64,000 nt of DNA from a virus (Duplodnaviria > Caudoviricetes), in the IMG/VR virus record IMGVR_UViG_3300013121_000033, positions 1 to 64,000 of that record. One strand, given 5' to 3'. The translations under genes were made by a program, and so were the position numbers. Shown piece after piece: positions 36,023 to 44,678 of the stretch (position 1 is its first letter; each line of letters starts with the position of its first letter). The notes beneath the pieces are model-generated. The model ran no database searches. It had not been told where the DNA came from and saw only the letters and a program-made list of their open reading frames with translations.

Positions 36023-36923
36023 CCCTCGCTGCACGGTCGAGGGTTGCGACCGGGTCCCGCTCGAACGTGGTCACTGCCGTGGACACTTGTGGAGCGTTCT
36101 TGGAGTCAGGACGGATGGGGTAAGGGTGTGCGAAGTGGCCGACTGCGGGCGGCCAACGAAGTCGAGAGGGCTGTGTAGCGGGCACCACTATCGGTGGCAG
36201 AGGTGGGGGCGGGTGGCTGCTGATGTTCCGATAGTTGGGCGCGCGTGTCGACGTCCTGGCACCTGGCGTGCCCCGGTGGCCGACCGGTTGCTCGGGTACA
36301 TCGAGCGGTTGCCGTCGGGGTGCGCGACGATCGTCGAGGGGTGTGGGGTCACTGAACGGCAGACGTTCTCGCTGTCGTCGACGACGGGCGTGACGTTTCG
36401 TCGAGCCGTGTACCTCGTGTTCGTCGGCGACATCCCCGGGGGCTACTCGGTTGTGGCGACGTGTAGCACCGTTGGGTGTGTCGCCGCCGAGCATCTGGAA
36501 GCCGTCTCCGCTTCCGAAGTGGCAGCGAGAAGCAACCGTGCCAGGGCGGGGTTGAACAGGAAGTGGCACGAGAGCACGACCACACGACGGCCGGAGCGGA
36601 TCAAGCTGACTGAGCTTGCCGTTGCTGAGGCCCGGTTGCGGGCGGCGGCGGGGGAAACGACCCGGTCGTTGGCCGCCGAGTTCGGAGTTGACGCTGCGAC
36701 GATGTCGTTGGCGTTGCGGGGTCGGACGTGGGCGCATGTCGATGTTCCACCGCTTGAGGCGAGGACGTCGTCGCGGAAACTGTCTGACCGTCAGGTGGCT
36801 GAGGTCGTGGAACGACGCGCAGCAGGTGAGGCATTGCGTTCGCTCGCGGTCGAGTACGGGGTGTCAGCCGGGACGATTTCCTCGTGGACCAAACAAGACG
36901 GTGTTGACGTGACAACAACGTGA
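35982..36923 (+). CDS. Degenerate His-Me (HNH-like) endonuclease with two N-terminal Zn fingers and two HTHs
   Basis: CxxxxCxR.....G.C..H x2; C....CV..HL; HTH repeats. Confidence 0.6.
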   Translation: MTSPVPRSDAGDTDPRCTVEGCDRVPLERGHCRGHLWSVLGVRTDGVRVCEVADCGRPTKSRGLCSGHHYRWQRWGRVAADVPIVGRACRRPGTWRAPVADRLLGYIERLPSGCATIVEGCGVTERQTFSLSSTTGVTFRRAVYLVFVGDIPGGYSVVATCSTVGCVAAEHLEAVSASEVAARSNRARAGLNRKWHESTTTRRPERIKLTELAVAEARLRAAAGETTRSLAAEFGVDAATMSLALRGRTWAHVDVPPLEARTSSRKLSDRQVAEVVERRAAGEALRSLAVEYGVSAGTISSWTKQDGVDVTTT

Positions 36924-36938
36924 CGGTAGGGTGGGGGC
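36904..36938 (+). promoter_or_regulatory. SigA-type leaderless early promoter
   Basis: TTGACG-17-TAGGGT-6-GTG. Confidence 0.75.
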
Positions 36939-37079
36939 GTGGACAACGACCCCGTCACCGTGGTGATCTGCCCGGAGTGTGAGCGGTGGGAGTCCGTCTC
37001 GCACGAGCGTCCCACGATCGAGTTCGCCCGAGCGTTTCTCGCCGCCAAGGGGATCACCGACCCGGAAGGACAGCCGTGA
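36939..37079 (+). CDS. Small leaderless protein (MDND..., CxxC)
   Basis: Start 6 nt after the -10 box; coupled to the next gene. Confidence 0.6.
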   Translation: MDNDPVTVVICPECERWESVSHERPTIEFARAFLAAKGITDPEGQP

Positions 37080-37648
37080 CCGCTCACCCGTTGATCGACG
37101 CTTACCACGCCATCTATGACGCAATCGACGCGGCGGCGGGGAACGACGACATCGTATGGTCGGGGTTCGAGGCGATCCGCCATCTGTGCGACGTGATGAG
37201 GGAGAAAGGTGTCGAGGTGCCTCGCCGGTTCGCTGGTGAGGGGCGACCGAAGGCCGACGCGATGAACACTGTCGAGGCAGGGTTGGTACAGCTTGGGGAG
37301 GCGGCGAGGGCGGCGAGCACGGCTTTCCAGTTCGGCGACGACACTGTCTCCCCGACGGAGGTCGGCCAGCGTGTCCGGCTCACCAGTTGGGCCAAGGGTA
37401 CGGATGTGAAGTCGTACATGGTCGGCATGACTGGTGTCGTCGTCCGGTTCACCCGCGCTGGGAACCCGGTGATTCGTTTCGACGAGCCGAACTACAACAA
37501 CCCGGCGGCCGCCGAGGTGACGGACACCTACGGGTGTGCTCGACGCGTCGACGACAACGACCGGTTGGTCCGTCCCGTCATGACCGAGTGTTGCGCTGGA
37601 CGTATCCGTCGCGGTGACCGCTGCGACGCTTGTGGAAAGGTGGCGTGA
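37076..37648 (+). CDS. Hypothetical protein with SH3-like segment
   Basis: VGQRVRL..VGMTGVV. Confidence 0.55.
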   Translation: MTAHPLIDAYHAIYDAIDAAAGNDDIVWSGFEAIRHLCDVMREKGVEVPRRFAGEGRPKADAMNTVEAGLVQLGEAARAASTAFQFGDDTVSPTEVGQRVRLTSWAKGTDVKSYMVGMTGVVVRFTRAGNPVIRFDEPNYNNPAAAEVTDTYGCARRVDDNDRLVRPVMTECCAGRIRRGDRCDACGKVA

Positions 37649-37651
37649 ACG

Positions 37652-37951
37652 ATGAGTCTCCCTGATCTGCCTGATGGCTTCGAGTACATGCAGGCTGCGG
37701 CTCGGGCGCGGGGGCAGGGGCAGCGGGCGAGGGTGCATGTTGCTCGGCCGGTGCCGCAGTGGCCGGATGACCGGTGGCCGCCGTTGGTGCCGTTGTGCCG
37801 GACCCGGTCACGGCTTTCGACCATCGGGGCCGACTGGCTTGTTCACAAGTCGATCGACGACTTGTGTCCTGGTTGCGAGAAGCGGATGCCGGACGAGTCG
37901 TGGCGTGACGCTGTCGACGCGATCGCCAACTATCGAGAGGGAGGCCAGTGA
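37652..37951 (+). CDS. Hypothetical Zn-binding protein
   Basis: VH..LC..CPGC. Confidence 0.55.
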   Translation: MSLPDLPDGFEYMQAAARARGQGQRARVHVARPVPQWPDDRWPPLVPLCRTRSRLSTIGADWLVHKSIDDLCPGCEKRMPDESWRDAVDAIANYREGGQ

Positions 37952-38163
37952 TGGCAGGGAAGTGGGAACGGATCAGCGACGAGGCCGAAGAGGTCGCGGG
38001 GACGTTGATGCCGGAGTTGATCGACGCGTGTGCGAACGCTACCGACTCGGACCGGGACGCGAAGGCGGAGGCACGCGAGGACGCGGAGCGGGTGTGGCGT
38101 GAGGCGTGGGTGACGCTCGCGAAGATCGGCAAGGTCGCCGGGTGGGAGCGTCCCGATGTCTGA
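37948..38163 (+). CDS. Hypothetical protein
   Basis: GGAGG RBS; coupled. Confidence 0.55.
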   Translation: MMAGKWERISDEAEEVAGTLMPELIDACANATDSDRDAKAEAREDAERVWREAWVTLAKIGKVAGWERPDV

Positions 38164-38602
38164 TCTCGTGACTCCGGCTGATCTTGCTCGTGCGTTGGCG
38201 GCGTTGTCTCATCCGGCGCGTCTAGCGGTTGCCCGTGCCGCGGACCTGTTGGGCGACGGGATCGTTCAGGGACCGAACCGGCATGCCCGGAACCCGTGGG
38301 AGCGGTTGGGTGGCCGTCAGGTTGATTCGAGGGAGTGGCGGTGGGGTCCTGAGGGGCGTGTGGCGGCGAGGTCGTGGGACCCGCGCCAGTGGGGTGACCG
38401 GTCGTTGCCGCCGTGGCGTGTCCGTCTCCACAGCGGGTTCGGGTTCGTCGAACTCGACTTCGACTCTGAGGGCGAGGCGTTGACCGCGGTTCGGGAGATG
38501 CTGGCGTTTCGTGCGCTCGGGGTGGGTGGTGGCCGGAACCGGTGGGCTGACAGCGACATTGTTGCTCTGGGCGACTGGTTGTCGGATCGGGGGTTGGCGT
38601 GA
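38156..38602 (+). CDS. Hypothetical protein
   Basis: Overlapping operon ORF. Confidence 0.55.
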   Translation: MSDLVTPADLARALAALSHPARLAVARAADLLGDGIVQGPNRHARNPWERLGGRQVDSREWRWGPEGRVAARSWDPRQWGDRSLPPWRVRLHSGFGFVELDFDSEGEALTAVREMLAFRALGVGGGRNRWADSDIVALGDWLSDRGLA

Positions 38603-38949
38603 CGCGTCGTCGTCTCACTGCCTCGACGAAGCCGTTGACCGAACGGCAGATGTTCGTGCTCAACGCGCTGGTCGAGATCAACGCCGATAACCTCCGGCGC
38701 CGCGAGCGCGGCGAGCGCGTCCGCGACGGCGCGTACGCTTTCCAGGTCGCCGACCGGCTCGTGGAGGCCGAGTTACAGTCCGACGGCCGCGTCGTCCGCG
38801 GGTATGCGAACGGCGCAGCGAACACCCTCGCGTCGCTCGCCCGGCGTGGCCTCGTGTCCGGCAACGACACCGGCGGCGTGTTCGTCCAATGCTTGTGGTC
38901 GATCACCGACGCCGGACGCGCGGCTCTCACCGATCGGGGGTTGGCGTGA
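38599..38949 (+). CDS. Winged-HTH protein
   Basis: LTERQ..VL, TLASLARRGLV, WSITDAGRAAL. Confidence 0.65.
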   Translation: MTRRRLTASTKPLTERQMFVLNALVEINADNLRRRERGERVRDGAYAFQVADRLVEAELQSDGRVVRGYANGAANTLASLARRGLVSGNDTGGVFVQCLWSITDAGRAALTDRGLA

Positions 38950-39254
38950 AGCTGACGTGCACGATCGACAAGTTCGAGTTCACATCGGACGGCCGCTACG
39001 GCCAGTGGGTCGAAGTGTTCCGTGCGGACGGCTCGGGGTTGAATTACACGAAGCCACCGAACCCGAGCTATCCGTGTGGCGACTTCCGGTTCTATCCGTC
39101 GGAGCGGGTTGCGGACGAGGAGGGCGATTCGCCGTGCGCGATTGTTCATGTCCGGTTGTGGTGTCCGACGGTCGAGATCGTGTCGTTTCCGTGGGTGGAG
39201 TACAGCGGCTATGCCCGTGAGCTTGCTGCGGTGCCTGTGATGGAGCGCGGTTGA
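38946..39254 (+). CDS. Hypothetical protein
   Basis: GTGA coupling. Confidence 0.55.
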   Translation: MKLTCTIDKFEFTSDGRYGQWVEVFRADGSGLNYTKPPNPSYPCGDFRFYPSERVADEEGDSPCAIVHVRLWCPTVEIVSFPWVEYSGYARELAAVPVMERG

Positions 39255-39430
39255 TGACCAGCGACGAAGCCATCGGGAGGGCCATCGAGTTCTTCAACTA
39301 CGCCGAGGCGAGCTACCAGGCGGACGACGACGACTCTGTCACGATCGCGGCCGCTCAGATCGGTCATGGCTACGCGACTCTCGCGATCGCCCTTCAAGCT
39401 CAGGAGCGCGCTGATGTTGTCGGAGGTTGA
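39254..39430 (+). CDS. Hypothetical small protein
   Basis: TGATG coupling; A.AH-like motif AQIGHGYATLA. Confidence 0.5.
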   Translation: MTSDEAIGRAIEFFNYAEASYQADDDDSVTIAAAQIGHGYATLAIALQAQERADVVGG

Positions 39431-39736
39431 TCGGTTGCGGTGGAACGCGGCGGTGGGGCGTGGTGATGTGGTGGAGATCGACGCGTTGAGGGACGAGTTG
39501 TTGACCGTGGTCCATACGGGGATCATGAACGACGACCCGGATTATCGGGTTGCTGGGTGGGTACCGCCGCCGGACCGCTGAGGTTTCTACCCGGATTTCA
39601 TACCGGATTTCATACCAGCGAGCGGATCGGATGTCACGAGGCTGGCGAGACGCCGGTGACCTCGGTGAACGTGAAGGGCACGCTCGATTCGTCGGCAGCC
39701 ACATAGAAGCCTGACACGGTGATGATCGAGTCGTAG

Positions 39737-40822
39737 TCACTGAACATGGGAACCTCGGATCGGAACGTCGGCTTGCGGGTCGCCGTGGGCGAGGACTCGG
39801 GCGTAGTGGGTGCCGCAGAGGCCCTTGGTGCGGGCGGGGCGGCCGCACCCGTCGACGGTGCAGGTGTCGCCGTTCGCTGTCCAGGGCCGGAGCGGGATGT
39901 CGGCTTGGACGTCGCCGTGTTTCCGCCACCGGTTGTAGTGGCCGTTGCACCAGCCTCGGGTCTTGACGGGATGGGTGCAGCCGGGGACTGAGCATTCCGC
40001 GGGCTCGTGGACGGGTCGTTCACCGATCGGAGTGTGGGCCTGCGGGTCGCCGTGTGTCTGCACCCGGTTGTAGTGGGCGGTGCACCAGCCCTTCGCGAGG
40101 ACGGGCCGGTCGCATCCCTCGACTGCGCAGGTGCGTTCGGAGCGGGGCACAACGACGGCGTCACCGACGTGAGCGAACCCGACGTGCCGGTAAGTGCGCC
40201 CCTGGACCATCTTCTGTGCGGCGGGCCACGAGATTCCGAGCCGGTCCTTGATCTGTTGCATCGTGGCGCGCCCGTGGGTGTAGTCGAGCCGGGCCGCTAG
40301 CACGTCCTCGTCGGTCACCTTCCGGGCGTGCCGGGAGGTGGTGACGCTGGGGTCGAGGTACGGCTTCACATAGCGGGCGAGGGTGGCGTGCCCTACGTTC
40401 AGCGACGCGGCGACGTCGTTGATCGTCTCGCCTGCGTTGACCCTCGCCGCCGCCTCCTGCGCCACCTCGTCGGTCATGACCCGTCGAGGGTTGTGGCGTC
40501 CCATGCGGGACGTGTCGGCTGCGTTGTCGGCGTCGGTCCCGAGGGCCAGGTGCTCGTGATCGAAGCACGCTCGGTTGCCACAGACGACATGGCGGACAAG
40601 TAGCGGCCCGGGGTCCTCGTGCGCAGCAGTCCAAGCGACCCGGTGAGCCCGCAACCCCGCCCAGCCCGTCGACCCGTACCCGGCCTGGTCGATCCGATCC
40701 GGCCAGATCAGACAGTCGTGCGGCCCCGAGCGGACCGCACGCGGTGTCGCCTCGGCGATGATCGCTACCGCGATGCCCTTGTCGATCGGCCGTGTTTCGA
40801 ACTTTAGACCGGTGCGTACCAT
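39737..40822 (-). CDS. His-Me finger (HNH) homing endonuclease with HTHs and three C-terminal Zn fingers
   Basis: CLIW..GYG..AHRVAW..RH..CGNRAC..HL.LGT..DN..D; CxVxGC.RP..A.GWC..HY.R x3. Confidence 0.85.
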   Translation of the reverse strand: MVRTGLKFETRPIDKGIAVAIIAEATPRAVRSGPHDCLIWPDRIDQAGYGSTGWAGLRAHRVAWTAAHEDPGPLLVRHVVCGNRACFDHEHLALGTDADNAADTSRMGRHNPRRVMTDEVAQEAAARVNAGETINDVAASLNVGHATLARYVKPYLDPSVTTSRHARKVTDEDVLAARLDYTHGRATMQQIKDRLGISWPAAQKMVQGRTYRHVGFAHVGDAVVVPRSERTCAVEGCDRPVLAKGWCTAHYNRVQTHGDPQAHTPIGERPVHEPAECSVPGCTHPVKTRGWCNGHYNRWRKHGDVQADIPLRPWTANGDTCTVDGCGRPARTKGLCGTHYARVLAHGDPQADVPIRGSHVQ

Positions 40823-40853
40823 GCGGGCAGTATAACCCGCATCTCAGTAACCG

Positions 40854-42317
40854 CTAGATCGTCTTGCGGATCATGGGCCGCTGGCCGGGCCGGTTTGGCT
40901 GGCCTCGGAGCCACTTATTGTGCATCGCGTTCGCAATGCGAGCGGCCTTCTCCTTGGTCATATGCCGCCGCTCCCTGAGGGCAGTGTAGACTGCCAACCA
41001 CTTAACACTTCGACAGGTCGCGGGGCTGCCGTGCAGGCATTTTTGGCGGCGGTTTTTGCGGCCGCGTTTGGATCGGGAGGGGCCGGGGGTGTCTGGTTTG
41101 CGGGGGTGTTGGATGTCGCCGATGACTTTGCCGGTGATGGCGGCGGTGACGGCGGGTTGGGTGGTGGGTTGGGTGTAGGCGGTGGTGATGTCGTTGGGGG
41201 TGTGCCAGCCGTGGCCGGGGATGGGGGCGAGGTGGAGGGTGGGGTTGCCGAGGGCGGCGGTGACGGCGGCGGTGGTGGGGTTGATCCATGCGGGGAGCAT
41301 GTTGGTGGCGCCGATGGCGTGGGCGCGGCGGCGGATGTGGGCTTCGACCTTGTCGCGGTGCTTGGCGCGTCCGATGGATTGGAGTGCTCGGCGGAGGTCG
41401 TCGCGGTTTCGGATGGGGTATGACCCGTCGGAGAGGGCGATGTTCTTGTCGGCGAGGGTGTCGCGTTCGGCTTGGGTGAAGGTGGCGGCGGTCATGCCGT
41501 GGCGGCGTTTGCGGCGGAGGGGGTGGGGACCGCAGACGGCGGTGACGCCGTCGTCGCGGGTGACGCGGGCGAGGCCGCACACCTTGCACCAGGGGCCGAG
41601 TTCGGAGGGGACGTGGGGGTGGGGGATGTCCTGGGCGTCGGCCATGGTGCCGTCGATGCCGAGGGCTTGGCGGAGGGGTTCGCCTTCTTCCTGTGCGGCT
41701 TCGGTGGTGTAGGTGTCGTCGAGGTCGGGTTCCATGTCGTCCATGTCCATGGCGCCCATGTCGTCGTCGTAGTCCGGGTGGTCGGCTTGGGTGAGGAGGT
41801 CGTCGATGTCGAACTTCGCGGCCGTCGGGTAGCCGTCGTCGAGGTCGAGGCCGGAACCGAGTTCGTAGACCGTCCAGTCGTCGCCGCGAACGAACGCGAC
41901 GGCGTCGAGCAGGATCGCGCCGTCGCCGACGGCTTCGGCGAGGTTCGCTGCCGGGAGGCCGTAGCCGACCGTGAGATGCGGGGTGAACGTCGGATACTTC
42001 TTGACGTCGTCGGGGAGCGGGGGGAGTTCCATGCGGGCACGGACGAACTCGGGGGCGTCGTCGAGGAACAGGACTTGCGCCGGGGGGGTGTCGTCCCCGA
42101 GTGGGCCGCTGTCGACGATCGTCGCGACGAACGGGTCGATCGACAGGGCGATGCGTTCCGCTGCGGCGTCGAGCGCGGCGGCGAGGTCGTCGTCGATGTC
42201 CTTGCCGTAGTAGCCGAGGGTGACGTGCTGCTGGTCGAACGGGTCGGCGCCGTCGACTTGGAGTTGCGACTCCTCCGACTCGGCGGGGATGAAGCAGATC
42301 ATCGCGGACTCGGCCAC
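40854..42317 (-). CDS. 2H phosphoesterase (2'-5' RNA ligase-like) multidomain head-module protein
   Basis: HVTL and PHLTV 2H motifs; later DGSYPI.N..DL..A....GR domain; GTG start at 42317. Confidence 0.8.
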   Translation of the reverse strand: MAESAMICFIPAESEESQLQVDGADPFDQQHVTLGYYGKDIDDDLAAALDAAAERIALSIDPFVATIVDSGPLGDDTPPAQVLFLDDAPEFVRARMELPPLPDDVKKYPTFTPHLTVGYGLPAANLAEAVGDGAILLDAVAFVRGDDWTVYELGSGLDLDDGYPTAAKFDIDDLLTQADHPDYDDDMGAMDMDDMEPDLDDTYTTEAAQEEGEPLRQALGIDGTMADAQDIPHPHVPSELGPWCKVCGLARVTRDDGVTAVCGPHPLRRKRRHGMTAATFTQAERDTLADKNIALSDGSYPIRNRDDLRRALQSIGRAKHRDKVEAHIRRRAHAIGATNMLPAWINPTTAAVTAALGNPTLHLAPIPGHGWHTPNDITTAYTQPTTQPAVTAAITGKVIGDIQHPRKPDTPGPSRSKRGRKNRRQKCLHGSPATCRSVKWLAVYTALRERRHMTKEKAARIANAMHNKWLRGQPNRPGQRPMIRKTI

Positions 42318-42334
42318 GGTGGGTCCTCTCAAGG

Positions 42335-43264
42335 TCAGATGGGGAGCTTCGCGAGGGCTGCGAACACGCAACCGCAGGTGTCGAACCGGGTGATCCACCA
42401 GTCGGACTCGACTGTCTCGAACCGGTTCAAGCGGGGGTCCCAATACTGGGGTGCGCCCTCGACGTTCGGGGCGTTCACCTCGACACGGTGGGGGCCGCCG
42501 AACTCGACGATCGGGGACATCATGACCCACGCTGCGCCGTCCGGGGCTTCCATCCCGTCAGGGTCGTCGTCGGTGATCGGACCCCAGGTGCCCGGCGTCG
42601 CCGGATACCCGGACCCGGGGACGACGATGTGACCCGTGATCGTCATGAACCGGTTCCCCTGCCGGTACAGGACACCCTGGTTGTCGAGATCGACGATCAA
42701 CGGTTCCGGGACGTGGATCATCCCGAGGACACCCTTCGAGCACTCGTTCCAGTTCGCGATGAGCAACGCCATCGCGGTCGTCGCCTTCACCGGTGGCACC
42801 TCGGAGATCGGGACGGCGAGTTGCTGCAACGACGGGTTCCCCGTCTTGGCTCCCGTCCACAGTTCCCGCTCGACCTCGAACGCCAGCTTCGCGTCCAACG
42901 CGGCACGCGCCTCAGCGGTCCACACGTCCTCCTCGCCGGTGTCGATCGACCCCGACGGGCAACCGTGGAACGCTTCGGTGCGACCCGGCTTGAACTCGTA
43001 GACGTCGCCGTCGTCGCCCGGGGTGCGGTCAGCGAGGTCGCCGCCGCCCTCGCACGTCTCACGGGTGTCGACATCCATGCAGAGCGTCGAACGGGCGCTG
43101 ACACCGTTCTTCCACTCGGAGAACGTCAACGGCCGCTCCCGGGCGACCGCCTTCCCGTCGACGGTTTCGAACACGGTCATCGTCGCCGACAGTTCGTCGG
43201 CAGAGGTGAGCAGCGACACCTCCGGCCCCTTCGGGGTCATCGGACGGATCGGTTGGCCCATCAT
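42335..43264 (-). CDS. Major capsid pentamer-type protein
   Basis: W.NGV..C, VERELWTG, GMIH, T..GH.VVPGSGYP pattern seen in actinophages with separate hexamer/pentamer capsomers. Confidence 0.65.
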   Translation of the reverse strand: MMGQPIRPMTPKGPEVSLLTSADELSATMTVFETVDGKAVARERPLTFSEWKNGVSARSTLCMDVDTRETCEGGGDLADRTPGDDGDVYEFKPGRTEAFHGCPSGSIDTGEEDVWTAEARAALDAKLAFEVERELWTGAKTGNPSLQQLAVPISEVPPVKATTAMALLIANWNECSKGVLGMIHVPEPLIVDLDNQGVLYRQGNRFMTITGHIVVPGSGYPATPGTWGPITDDDPDGMEAPDGAAWVMMSPIVEFGGPHRVEVNAPNVEGAPQYWDPRLNRFETVESDWWITRFDTCGCVFAALAKLPI

Positions 43265-43307
43265 CTATCTCCCAACAAGGGTGGTCGCGACCGGCACAGC
43301 GTAGGGT

Positions 43308-43325
43308 CTGGACGTGTCACAACCG
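43308..43325 (-). promoter_or_regulatory. Late promoter motif upstream of the pentamer gene
   Basis: CGGTTGTGACACGTCCAG, 17/18 identical to the motif upstream of the hexamer gene. Confidence 0.7.
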
Positions 43326-43886
43326 CCGATCGAGCCCCGCCGGTACTCGTCGCTGCGGCGGTCCACGAAAGGACTGTCCCGAGCGAAACCCATCGACCGA
43401 GGGAAAGGCCCCAAAGGTAACCCGGATGCCACGAGAGCGTGGCAGCAACGGTCACGGACCCCGCTCGCGCCGAAAGCCGCCAAGACGGCAGACAGGGCGC
43501 AGGAACGGCGAGACGTCGTCGCCCGCGTGTTCCGCCAGCAAGGCGGCCGGTGCGCCCTCTGGTGGCACGAGACGCCGTGCAGAGGGCCGCTCGACGGCCA
43601 CGAAGTCGTCCGCCGCGGCCACTACCCCGACGGCCCCTACGACGACCAGGTCGTCGTCGTCGTCTGCCGCGGCCACCACGAGATAGATGACCGGCGGGTC
43701 GAGTCGGTGCGAGTCGGGCTCCGCGTCGAAGCAGGCATCTGGACACGATGGGGGTACCTCGCCGTCGCCGAGCAACGCCGCCGCCGCCGTTCCTACGCAC
43801 GAGGCGTCGATCCCGGGCCGCCTGTGTGGGACACCTGGCCGACCGACCCCCTCGACCCTGACCTCGCCCGCATGTGGCTCCCCTGA
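43314..43886 (+). CDS. HNH-like endonuclease
   Basis: C..C....D.HE...R...VCRGHH; basic N-terminus; start uncertain. Confidence 0.6.
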   Translation: MSQPPIEPRRYSSLRRSTKGLSRAKPIDRGKGPKGNPDATRAWQQRSRTPLAPKAAKTADRAQERRDVVARVFRQQGGRCALWWHETPCRGPLDGHEVVRRGHYPDGPYDDQVVVVVCRGHHEIDDRRVESVRVGLRVEAGIWTRWGYLAVAEQRRRRRSYARGVDPGPPVWDTWPTDPLDPDLARMWLP

Positions 43887-43915
43887 CCGTCACACCCATC
43901 CCATACGATCACCCC

Positions 43916-44419
43916 ATGGACAACGCCAGGCTCCCCGAACCGCTGTCGATCCCCCCATCGGACCTCGCCGCAGCCGTCGACACGATCGGAGAATGGGTCA
44001 CAGCAAGCGACCGCGACCGACTCGTCGAAGCCGACATCGCCATCGAGGAAACGATCCGAGCGCTCCGCCACCTCGCCGAGATCGTCACGAACGGCCTCGG
44101 TCAAGTCGTCGGCCGCACCGGGCGCATCAACACCGCGTGGGGGCCAAGGTGGCTGTCGCGCCGTCAAGGCAGCCAGATCACCGACTGGGACACCATCACC
44201 GCCGCCGCACGGCGGGCAGCGCTGTTCGATCCCGAAACCGGGGAACGCCGCGACGCCGAAGCGGCCGTCACCGAGTTCTCGACGCTCATCTCCCAAGTCG
44301 CGCCGCTCACCCCGTCCAGCCAGCCGCGCGTCGAAGGGCTCCGCAAGCTCGGCCTCGACAAAGCCGCCGTCGTCGAACGGGAACGAGTCGGCCCGTGGAA
44401 AGCAGACCCCGTCGGCTAA
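43916..44419 (+). CDS. Hypothetical leaderless protein (MDNA...)
   Basis: CGTCACAC-N8-TACGAT-6-ATG promoter. Confidence 0.65.
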   Translation: MDNARLPEPLSIPPSDLAAAVDTIGEWVTASDRDRLVEADIAIEETIRALRHLAEIVTNGLGQVVGRTGRINTAWGPRWLSRRQGSQITDWDTITAAARRAALFDPETGERRDAEAAVTEFSTLISQVAPLTPSSQPRVEGLRKLGLDKAAVVERERVGPWKADPVG

Positions 44420-44675
44420 CATCCCGACCGGGTGTGCGGTGCGCCCTCGGCCCCGATTGGGGCCGTCAAGCTCAACCAGGTCGGCCAATGGCCCAGGGGC
44501 GGCAGCCGCTTCACCGTGATGGGCTGCCGGTCGGCGATAGCCCTCACTTTCGTTCTGTCCGGTCTGCCGGGCGCTTTGTGCATGAAGATTGGCGAATCAA
44601 CCGCCAGTCTGGCAGACGGTGACGTTGGAGGAAGGCGCCCGCGTGAGGGCGTCTGGGGCCGCGACAGCGAGGTGC
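44420..44675 (+). ncRNA. Candidate structured non-coding RNA
   Basis: About five stems with + strand G-U pairs in a 260-nt gap between convergent genes. Confidence 0.35.
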
Positions 44676-44678
44676 GCG

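Noticed and set aside
40970-41700. Strong G/T skew suggesting a repeat or foreign DNA
   Set aside because: It is the C/A-rich coding strand of the 2H polyprotein tail; the ORF is intact.
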